A stretch of 63,678 nt of DNA, filler included, from Deltaproteobacteria bacterium (GTDB taxonomy: Bacteria > JACQOV01): assembly GCA_016202395.1 (NCBI GenBank). It is 5 parts of 5 records of this genome, joined end to end, with 100 filler letters (N's around TTAATTAATTAA, not from the genome) between each part and the next. Parts side by side here need not be neighbours in the genome. Positions count along the whole stretch, not along the records: positions 1 to 10,245 come from JACQOV010000044.1; positions 10,346 to 33,222 come from JACQOV010000050.1; 3 more parts are not named here. The stretch is one strand, 5' to 3'. A program made the position numbers and the translations under genes. Shown here in pieces: positions 8,905 to 16,447 of the stretch. Position 1 is the first letter of the stretch. Each line of letters starts with the position of its first letter. The notes beneath the pieces were generated by a model that was given only the letters and a program-made list of their open reading frames with translations, was not told the origin of the DNA and did no database searches.

Positions 8905-10120
8905 AGGGATGATTCCTTAGGGCACCTCTATAGCGACGTGGAACTCGACGACCAATACCACACAAAACTTCATAAGAAATTGTGTCGCTCCAACGAGCCA
9001 TGTCATCGGCGGTTAAACGTTCCTGCCCTTGCTTTCCAATCAAAATCACCTCATCTCCAGTTTGAGATTCTGGAATCTCTGTGAGATCCACCATCGTTAA
9101 ATCCATACAAACTCGGCCCACCACAGGGGCCCGTCTCCCTCGAACGAGAACCTCTCCACGATTCGACAAAAGCCGCGGATAACCGTCGGCATATCCTACC
9201 GGCAAAACGGCCAGTCGTGTGCGACGACGGGTTACAAAACTCTCCCCATAACTGACCGAGAAACCGACCGGCACCTCCCGAATCGAGAGTACCCGGGTTT
9301 TCCATGAAAGAATAGGCTCCACAGGAAGAACTCCTTCCAGATGAGAAGAGGGGGCATACCCATACAGCAAAATTCCTGGGCGAACCATGGAATCTAAGCA
9401 GGGAAGTTTCTTTAAGATCGCGGCGCTGTTGGCGATATGAGGAATCGGATCCAATCCCATCTGCTGGGCCTGTTGAAGCGTCTTCTGAAACACCTCGATC
9501 TGGCTTTGAGTGTAGGTGATCTCTTTTCCATCAGCGCTGGCAAAATGAGAAAGGAGCCCTTCAAACGTGAGGAAATGCCCCATCTTCTTTAAGGTTTGGA
9601 AAAAGGATTCTGCCTGATCTGGCAGGATCCCTAAACGCCCCATTCCCGTATCCACCTTGACATGAACCGCGATTTTTTTCCCGGCCTTCCGCGCAAATTG
9701 ATAGAGATCCTCTGTGGTTTGAAGATCGAAAAGGACAGGGGTCAGGTCCGACTCAACCAGCAGCGGGATCTGCAAAGAGTGGAACCCCCCTAAAACTAAT
9801 ATCGGAAGCTCGATTCCTGCGCAGCGGAGTTCGATCCCCTCCTCCACGGTAGCCACTCCTAAAGAGTGGGCCCCTTCCCCACAGAGGGTCTTTGCCACAG
9901 GAATGGCTCCATGCCCATAGGCGTTCGCTTTAACAACCGCTAGGATCTTAGAAGAAGGGCCTGTCCCATCTCGGATGGCACGAAAATTTTTAGCAAGGCG
10001 CTCAAGATCGATTTCAACACAAGTGGGTCGTCCATCGAATCGCTCTTTCTCAAGAGGAGATGTTTCTGATTCTTCTTCACTGAATTCACTGAAGGATTTT
10101 GCAGAATGGGCCAAAACCAT
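8894..10120 (-). CDS. alr: Alanine racemase
   Basis: AVVKANAYGHG (PLP Lys), KVDTGMGRLG, GYADGY, GRVCMD; start could be slightly downstream. Confidence 0.95.
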   Translation of the reverse strand: MVLAHSAKSFSEFSEEESETSPLEKERFDGRPTCVEIDLERLAKNFRAIRDGTGPSSKILAVVKANAYGHGAIPVAKTLCGEGAHSLGVATVEEGIELRCAGIELPILVLGGFHSLQIPLLVESDLTPVLFDLQTTEDLYQFARKAGKKIAVHVKVDTGMGRLGILPDQAESFFQTLKKMGHFLTFEGLLSHFASADGKEITYTQSQIEVFQKTLQQAQQMGLDPIPHIANSAAILKKLPCLDSMVRPGILLYGYAPSSHLEGVLPVEPILSWKTRVLSIREVPVGFSVSYGESFVTRRRTRLAVLPVGYADGYPRLLSNRGEVLVRGRRAPVVGRVCMDLTMVDLTEIPESQTGDEVILIGKQGQERLTADDMARWSDTISYEVLCGIGRRVPRRYRGALRNHPYDI

Positions 10121-10196
10121 GCAAGATTACTACCAAAAAGCCGTCAAGAAGTCAAAAAATCCCCCACGGATGGAAGTCCATATTTTCAATCTATTT

Positions 10197-10233
10197 CCCG
10201 TTCACCCTGAACCCAGTCGAAGGGTGAACAGGG
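10197..10233. repeat. Short REP-like hairpin at contig end
   Basis: GTTCACCCT-GAACCCAGTCGA-AGGGTGAAC inverted repeat. Confidence 0.55.
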
Positions 10234-10245
10234 GTTCTTCAATAG

Positions 10246-10345
10246 NNNNNNNNNNNNNNNNNNNNNNNNNNNNNNNNNNNNNNNNNNNNTTAATTAATTA
10301 ANNNNNNNNNNNNNNNNNNNNNNNNNNNNNNNNNNNNNNNNNNNN
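10246..10345. other. Artificial contig spacer
   Basis: 44 N + TTAATTAATTAA + 44 N; stops in all six frames. Confidence 0.98.
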
Positions 10346-10747
10346 GATGGGGAGATCTGGTCTGGGATTCTGTGGGATCTACGAGAAAAATTCATTGAGA
10401 AGTACGATTATGAGGAAGGGAAAGCTCAAGTGGAGCAATTGGTGATCGATGGGATGAAATTTACTAAGGTCAATCCCTCGATGCTCGATGCCAGGGATGC
10501 CATCTTAGCAGCCGATTTAGCTAATGAAGGAGGAAACCAAGACCTCCTTTGGAAGGTATTCGCTTGTACAGGGATGGGGGTTCCAGCCTCCACGACGGAT
10601 CACAATGATGCCAATCCTGTCGAGTCCTTTGATCTTCCGGATGGAACCGATTGTCGAGGGCGAGTTAAACTGCCTTGGCAATCGCTACGAGAGATTTTGG
10701 GCTCCATTCTTCAAGATATTCTCGGCCGGTGGTTCAACAGAATATAA
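10346..10747 (+). CDS. C-terminal fragment of an M36 (fungalysin-like) metallopeptidase, paralog of the next gene; 5' part beyond contig edge
   Basis: DGEIWSGILWDLR...VNPSMLDARDAILAAD...FACTGMG aligns with the C-terminus of 10995-14480. Confidence 0.85.
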   Translation, partial: DGEIWSGILWDLREKFIEKYDYEEGKAQVEQLVIDGMKFTKVNPSMLDARDAILAADLANEGGNQDLLWKVFACTGMGVPASTTDHNDANPVESFDLPDGTDCRGRVKLPWQSLREILGSILQDILGRWFNRI

Positions 10748-10994
10748 CTCGTCTCATGGGCACGGCAAATGCCATTGCATTTGTATCATTCTATTTTCTT
10801 GATTTATCTGGCACTCTAGGCCTATAATTTCGATCGCATCCAGGAACTGAATCAAAGCTTATTTAGAGAAAATTGTTATCCACAGGTTGAGCTTGTAAAT
10901 CGAATGTGGGATTCACATTTTAGTAAAGGTTCAAAGGATGAACAGAGCGGGAAGCACTTTAGTTTTTTAAATACACCTCAAGGAGGAGTTATTT

Positions 10995-13900
10995 ATGTTC
11001 AAGAAGTTCGTTGTCATTCTCATTCCGGTTATCCTCTTCCCTTCTTTTTCCTTGGCGGCTGGGTGGCCTTCGGATCCTGCGGTGAATGTTCCTATTGTTA
11101 CAGCGCCCAATGATCAATGGATCGGTCAAGTGACCAACGATGGTCGAGGTGGAGCGATCATCACTTGGGCTGACTATCGGAGTGGCACTGATAACCACGA
11201 TATCTACGCGCAAAAGACTAATTTGAATGGAAGCATAGAGTGGCAAACTAACGGCGTCATTGTATCTTCCGCTTCCGGAAATCAAAACGATCCTCGGCTC
11301 ATTGGGGATGGTGAAGGGGGGGCCATCATTACCTGGGATGACAAACGTAATGGCACGGATGAGGATATTTACGCTCAAAGAATAGACAGTAACGGTGCAG
11401 CTCTGTGGGGCCATGATGGTATTTCTATCTGTAGCTTCACCGATCGGCAACGCGGACCCTCTATCATTAGCGATGGCCTCCAAGGAGCCATTATTATTTG
11501 GGAAGACAAAAGGAATGGATCCGATTACGACATCTATGCCCAACGGGTGGATGCGAACGGGAATATTCTTTGGGCATTGGATGGCATTCCGATCGTCGTA
11601 GCTCCCAATGGCCAAGGAGTAGATCTTGGGTTCATGAGCGACGGTGCTGGCGGTGTCATCATGACTTGGACCGATTATCGGAATGGAACTGGCTCCAACA
11701 ACCCTGATATCTATGCTCAAAAAATTGACTCCGATGGCAATTCCCTGTGGCAAAATAACGGAGTTCCCATAGTCTCACAATCTCATTATCAGTACGATGA
11801 CCGGTTAGTCAGTGATGGAATGGGGGGCGCTATTATTACCTGGACGGATAAGCGCGACAACACTGGATATGATGACATCTACGCTCAACGTATCGATGCA
11901 AATGGTTCTGTACTGTGGGCTATTGATGGAATTCCGATCGCTGAAGGATACGATCAACGCACTCAGGCGGATCCCGTAGCTATGAGCGATGGAAATGGAG
12001 GAGCTATTATCGTATTCGAGATCGCCTATGGTGATGGAAACCTTTACGCTCAACGCATCGATAGCGATGGAAATTTATTATGGGGGGCTACGGGTAAATC
12101 CATTTCAAGCGCATCAGATGATCAATTCTTTCCTGATGTTATGAGCGATGGAAATGGAGGCATTATCCTTGCTTATTCCGACCGTCAAAACGAGTTTGAT
12201 GGGGATATTTATGCTCAGCACATGGACGTAAATGGAAACTTATTATGGGGTAATAAAGGGGCCCCGATTTCGACAGCAGCGAAATATCAAGGTTACCCAC
12301 GACTCGTCACCGATGGCTCTGGAGGAGGTATTATTGTTTGGACAGATCGACGCAGTGACATCGATTATGATATCTACGCACAAAACGTCAATGTGGATGG
12401 CTCTCTGGGGAGCAACTTTATCTGTGATCATTCTTCCATACCGCCGGCGACTTCTTTCACAAATATCTCTGCGTTTGAAGATCAAACTCCTCCTCTTCGA
12501 AATTTCGACATACGAGTGCAGGAGAGTTGGTCGCTTACAAGACTTTCCAAAAAGCAAGTGGCGATTCTTGAAGGGTTAAAAGAAAGGTATGGCGAAGGCA
12601 TTCGAGTGACTTGGAATCCTCTCAGCCAGGCTCTGCGATCTTTAATGAAGGATCAAGATTATCTGACCGTGCCGAGTTCAGCCTCACCCTCTGTGATCTC
12701 TTTTGACTTCCTAGAGAGGCATAGAAATGTTTTCGGTATTACTTCGGAGAACCTCTCTGATTGGAAGGTTGCTAGTGAGTATCAGACTTCTCATAATGGG
12801 ATAACGCATCTCGTTTTGGCACAGTACTACCAAGGCGTTCCCATTTTCCAAGGTCAAATCCAGTTTAGCATCGATCCTTTGGGAAGGATCCTCCGTGTGA
12901 GTGGAGAGTACTATTCGGGCATCGCTGTCTCTACGGTTTCTCACCTTTCTGCTGGAGAAGCTTTGAGGGAGGTAGCTTATGATGTGACACTGAAAGTCGA
13001 CTTTGAACCTGAAATTCTATCGGAATCCTCGGATTCCACCTCTGCAACAATCTTTAAGAAAGGTCCCTTTAATCGAACCGATGGTTTCCATAAAGCAAGC
13101 CTTGTGGTTTTTCCAATGCACCATGAGTTTCGATTGGCATGGCAGGTTCTTTTTCATAAAAGTGGGGATGAAAGATACTTAATCCTTGTCGATGCAAACT
13201 CTGGGGAGATTCTATATCGTATTAATCTTGTCTTAACCGATCAACCCCAGGGGCTTATCTTTGAAGAAGATCCTGATGATGCCTCTCAGGTCTTAAAATT
13301 GTTTTTAGGGGATCCCTTGGCTTCTCCTCAAGGATGGCTGCAACCACATCAAGGTTTTTATTCGACCCTTGGAGGAAACAATAGTTGCACCCAAGAAGAC
13401 CGTAATGGTGATGATCAAAAAGGATACAGTCCCACTGCTACAGATGGACATTTTGAATACCCTTTCCAAGATGCCTATCAGACCTCCCAAGGGACTGATA
13501 TCGATACCGATCTCGATGCGGCTCTGACTAACCTCTTTTATGGGGTCAATTTTATTCATGATTATTATTACAACTTGGGCTTCAAAGAAGCGGCGGGGAA
13601 CTTCCAGTATGATAATGGAGGTCAAGGAGGATTGGATAAAGATCCTGTCTATGCGGATGCACAGGACGAATGGGATATGGGCAATCGGAATAATGCCAGT
13701 TTTTATCCGACGCCGGATGGTTATGATCCTGCTCAGGGATATTCTCGCTTGGAAATCTACATGAACAGCCCCCCTGATTATCGTTACGTCGATGGAGCTT
13801 TCAGTGGAGACACGATCATCCATGAGTACACCCACGGGCTATCCACCCGTTTAGTCGGGGGTCCCAACGATGTAACCGGTCTCATGGGCGTACAAAGTGG

Positions 13901-14480
13901 GGCGATGGGGGAAGGGTGGGGAGACTGGTTTGCAGGGAGTATTTATAACGACCCTGTTCATGGAGAATACCGGACCGGGGATACCACAAAAGGGGTGCGG
14001 CGATATGCCATGAATCAGAACCCTCTTACCTATGAAGATCTTTGCCATAGTCCCAACGGCTGTGAGGTTCATGACGATGGGGAGATCTGGTCGGGAACTC
14101 TCTGGGATCTTCGAAAGAGGTTTATTGATGAGTATGGTTATGAAGAAGGGAAGGCTAGGGTGGAACAACTCATTGTTGATGGCATGAGTGGTACTGAGGT
14201 GAATCCTTCCCTGTTGGATGCTAGAGATGCGATCTTAGCGGCCGATCCTGATGGAGAATATGGCAACATTATTTGGAAAACCTTCGCCTGTAGAGGGATG
14301 GGAGCTTCAGCATCAACAGGGGATCATAACGATCCCAATCCTGTAGAGGCTTTCAATCTTCCCGATGGTACTGAATGCCGAGGATCGATTGTAGGTGTTC
14401 TCACTAATGTATGGCAAGACCGCTTAGACACCCTCAGAGATTGGATCGATCAATGGTTCCCTTGGCTTAAGCCCAAATGA
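10995..14480 (+). CDS. Secreted M36 metallopeptidase with N-terminal 8-repeat beta-propeller, FTP/PepSY-like prodomain and Trp-rich tail
   Basis: RBS AGGAGG; signal peptide; THLVLAQYYQGVPI (FTP-like), RLAWQV...LVDANSGEIL (PepSY-like), NFQYDN, NNASF, HEYTH (13821-13835), GAMGEGWGD, EVHDDGEIW. Confidence 0.88.
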   Translation: MFKKFVVILIPVILFPSFSLAAGWPSDPAVNVPIVTAPNDQWIGQVTNDGRGGAIITWADYRSGTDNHDIYAQKTNLNGSIEWQTNGVIVSSASGNQNDPRLIGDGEGGAIITWDDKRNGTDEDIYAQRIDSNGAALWGHDGISICSFTDRQRGPSIISDGLQGAIIIWEDKRNGSDYDIYAQRVDANGNILWALDGIPIVVAPNGQGVDLGFMSDGAGGVIMTWTDYRNGTGSNNPDIYAQKIDSDGNSLWQNNGVPIVSQSHYQYDDRLVSDGMGGAIITWTDKRDNTGYDDIYAQRIDANGSVLWAIDGIPIAEGYDQRTQADPVAMSDGNGGAIIVFEIAYGDGNLYAQRIDSDGNLLWGATGKSISSASDDQFFPDVMSDGNGGIILAYSDRQNEFDGDIYAQHMDVNGNLLWGNKGAPISTAAKYQGYPRLVTDGSGGGIIVWTDRRSDIDYDIYAQNVNVDGSLGSNFICDHSSIPPATSFTNISAFEDQTPPLRNFDIRVQESWSLTRLSKKQVAILEGLKERYGEGIRVTWNPLSQALRSLMKDQDYLTVPSSASPSVISFDFLERHRNVFGITSENLSDWKVASEYQTSHNGITHLVLAQYYQGVPIFQGQIQFSIDPLGRILRVSGEYYSGIAVSTVSHLSAGEALREVAYDVTLKVDFEPEILSESSDSTSATIFKKGPFNRTDGFHKASLVVFPMHHEFRLAWQVLFHKSGDERYLILVDANSGEILYRINLVLTDQPQGLIFEEDPDDASQVLKLFLGDPLASPQGWLQPHQGFYSTLGGNNSCTQEDRNGDDQKGYSPTATDGHFEYPFQDAYQTSQGTDIDTDLDAALTNLFYGVNFIHDYYYNLGFKEAAGNFQYDNGGQGGLDKDPVYADAQDEWDMGNRNNASFYPTPDGYDPAQGYSRLEIYMNSPPDYRYVDGAFSGDTIIHEYTHGLSTRLVGGPNDVTGLMGVQSGAMGEGWGDWFAGSIYNDPVHGEYRTGDTTKGVRRYAMNQNPLTYEDLCHSPNGCEVHDDGEIWSGTLWDLRKRFIDEYGYEEGKARVEQLIVDGMSGTEVNPSLLDARDAILAADPDGEYGNIIWKTFACRGMGASASTGDHNDPNPVEAFNLPDGTECRGSIVGVLTNVWQDRLDTLRDWIDQWFPWLKPK
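11130..12410 (+). repeat. Eight ~56-aa intragenic repeats
   Basis: Unit (S/G/T)DGxGGxIIxWxDxR...DIYAQR(I/V)DxxGxxLW...G repeated eight times. Confidence 0.9.
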
Positions 14481-14536
14481 TTAAAGGACGACAAACCCGA
14501 AGCAGATCGCCTTATAAATAAAATTTGAGGGTTAGC

Positions 14537-15631
14537 ATGACGATTCTATACTGGATAATTTCTTTGATTCTCTTTTCCCCCGCATCGTTTTCTTTTGCCC
14601 AGATCCTGTTCTATCATCCCGATCATCTGGGCTCCACAGTGCTGATCACAAAAGACCAGGGTGTTGTCTCTGAAATCTTCCAATACGATCCGTGGGGTGA
14701 AAGGATCTCGGCCAGCTCTCAAGCCAACACTTCTTACGGTTTCACGGGAGGAGAATTAGATCCTGAAGGGGCCCTTTATTACTTCATTCATCGCTATTAT
14801 GATCCTGCTCTTTCCTGTTTTGTTTCACCTGATCCTTATCTTGGAATTCTTCGGGCCGGATCCGATCTCTTGGATCCTCAGAGCTTTCAGCCTTATTCTT
14901 ATACTCAGAACAATCCTGTGAATTTTGTAGACCCATCGGGGCTCGCTACGGTGGATTATAATCTCAATCGGATGGTGGTGTGGGAGGAAGGGCCCCAGGG
15001 GCAGGTAGATCTTCTTTTAGGAGAAGATGCCGCCGGTGGTTTTAGTTCTTCTACTATCACTTTGGCTCGGGAAACGTATGGGACTATTCGACAGTATAAG
15101 CCCGAGATGATTCAAAAGATGGAATCGTCAACTTCTTTTAAAGAAGTGATTATGGCTCGAGCCAATTTAGATCGCTATCCGCATGACAGGGATGCTTATG
15201 CCATCACTCGACCAGTGATAGAAAATGGCACGATCTACGTGTGGATGAAGGAGGATCATTTTCCAGTTGATATTCAAGATCCGAAGCAGCGAGCCCTCTT
15301 TTTTATGACCTATTTGCATGAGCTGGTTCATGTCTCTCGATTATTGGAGAAGGGGGGGGATTTTACTCCGGAAGAGCTAGAGATGGAGGAGGTTATTGCC
15401 TTTACGGAGCAATTAGGCGTGGTGGGGCCTTATTTAAAGACGGTGCCCCCTGTTTCTCCTTTAAGGCTCCATCTGGAAGAGATGGCTCGCGATGTTTACG
15501 TGGAGGCTAGACACCGAATTGAAACCCGCTTAAAGGCGAGCCCTGAGGAGAAAAAGAACCTTCTCGCTAGGGTCGACCAGTATTGGCAAGGAGTGGGACT
15601 TCCGAAACCCAACATGGAGCCTAGAAAGTGA
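14537..15631 (+). CDS. Short RHS repeat-associated core protein with signal peptide and C-terminal HExxH domain
   Basis: GAGG then ATG 14537; signal ...SFSFA; YHPDHLGS, YDPWGE, FTGGELD, RYYDP, PDP, NNPVNFVDPSGL; C-terminal HELVH...EEVIAF. Confidence 0.85.
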   Translation: MTILYWIISLILFSPASFSFAQILFYHPDHLGSTVLITKDQGVVSEIFQYDPWGERISASSQANTSYGFTGGELDPEGALYYFIHRYYDPALSCFVSPDPYLGILRAGSDLLDPQSFQPYSYTQNNPVNFVDPSGLATVDYNLNRMVVWEEGPQGQVDLLLGEDAAGGFSSSTITLARETYGTIRQYKPEMIQKMESSTSFKEVIMARANLDRYPHDRDAYAITRPVIENGTIYVWMKEDHFPVDIQDPKQRALFFMTYLHELVHVSRLLEKGGDFTPEELEMEEVIAFTEQLGVVGPYLKTVPPVSPLRLHLEEMARDVYVEARHRIETRLKASPEEKKNLLARVDQYWQGVGLPKPNMEPRK

Positions 15632-15672
15632 TCCGTTTTATATTAAGGCCTTTGAGCAAATCATTGGATGAT

Positions 15673-15951
15673 TCACCAAGCTTTACAACTCTTTTTCGAT
15701 TGATCCCGGGCTCTATAGAACTTTTTGGGATACCATCGGGTTCCTGTTTCTAGTTCCAAAAACTTGAGTTTTTCAGAAAGCCGTTGAAATTGGATATCGG
15801 CCAGCCAGAGGAGTTTTTCGAGGCCTGTCATCTTTTCGGCCTCTCGATGAAGAATGGCTCCCAGTAAGGCAGCCTCCTCGATCCAGTGATAAGAGGAGCC
15901 AGCGGAGAGGGCCTTTTCTCGAAGTCGGTGGTAACGTTCTCTTAAGCCCAT
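15673..15951 (-). CDS. Hypothetical protein (92 aa)
   Basis: ATG preceded by GAGG; no recognised motif. Confidence 0.45.
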   Translation of the reverse strand: MGLRERYHRLREKALSAGSSYHWIEEAALLGAILHREAEKMTGLEKLLWLADIQFQRLSEKLKFLELETGTRWYPKKFYRARDQSKKSCKAW

Positions 15952-16046
15952 TTTCTTAGTCCTCGTTCTTAGAACCTCGGAGCTGTTTTTCTAAGGTATC
16001 CGCTCGGTCCCTGAGGTTTTGGATTTCTTGTAGGATTTCCTCTTTT

Positions 16047-16066
16047 TTGGGCACCTGTTGGGCACC
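16047..16066. repeat. Direct repeat TTGGGCACC x2, candidate integrase arm-type sites
   Basis: 9-bp repeat at 11-bp period, ~70 bp inside the att-like site. Confidence 0.45.
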
Positions 16067-16134
16067 CGATTTTGAGGGTAAATTATTTCTTGAATCTTTT
16101 TGGGATGTTAGGCGATCTTTTTCAATAGGCCCAT

Positions 16135-16161
16135 CGGGTTCGATCCCCGTCGCCCGCTCCA
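16135..16161 (+). mobile_element. att-like site: 3' fragment of a tRNA-Gly gene
   Basis: CGGG-TTCGATC-CCCG T-arm, CGCCCGC acceptor strand, T discriminator, CCA; no 5' half upstream. Confidence 0.8.
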
Positions 16162-16183
16162 TTCCCATTTTTGATACACTTTC

Positions 16184-16212
16184 TTGAATAAGTTTGAGAA
16201 TTTAGATAGAAT
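16184..16212 (+). promoter_or_regulatory. Sigma70-type promoter of yacG-tamB
   Basis: TTGAAT-17 nt-TAGAAT; GTG start 7 nt downstream. Confidence 0.55.
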
Positions 16213-16219
16213 CCGACTC

Positions 16220-16441
16220 GTGGTTGCAAAAAGATCTCCAAAAACGCGGATTTCGCGTTGCCCGGTGTGTCGAGCCTCCACCCGATGGGAGGGGAATTCT
16301 TATCGCCCTTTTTGTTCTGAGCGTTGTCGGTGGTTAGATTTGGGGGCGTGGATTCAGGGGCGATACATCGTCCCTGGAGAGGCCGTGGGATCGTCAAAAC
16401 AGGAACAGGGAACGGGAACTTTATCCGACTCCGATTCGTAG
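16220..16441 (+). CDS. yacG: DNA gyrase inhibitor YacG
   Basis: CPVC...YRPFCSERCRWLDLGAW...Y.VPG. Confidence 0.9.
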   Translation: MVAKRSPKTRISRCPVCRASTRWEGNSYRPFCSERCRWLDLGAWIQGRYIVPGEAVGSSKQEQGTGTLSDSDS

Positions 16442-16447
16442 AGGGTC

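Larger units (their letters stand above)
10346..16161. mobile_element. Right-hand part of a putative genomic island integrated at tRNA-Gly
   Basis: Accessory secreted-protein genes ending at a tRNA-Gly 3' fragment, followed by core genes; integrase and left boundary not in this contig. Confidence 0.55.

Noticed and set aside
10246-10345. Repeated TTAATTAATTAA within N runs (four places)
   Set aside because: Identical 100-nt artificial spacer; ORFs crossing it and gene adjacency across it are meaningless.
10876-10919. Perfect DnaA box TTATCCACA and nearby palindrome AATGTG-GGATT-CACATT as an origin or CRP site
   Set aside because: Single box with no cluster or dnaA context; palindrome spacing does not fit CRP.
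11130-12410. Periodic DNA repeats as a CRISPR array
   Set aside because: Degenerate in-frame protein repeats; no identical repeats, spacers or cas genes in the window.
16100-16161. Complete tRNA-Gly gene
   Set aside because: Only T-arm and acceptor 3' strand present; the ORF-track start MGMERATGIEP is the antisense reading of this fragment.
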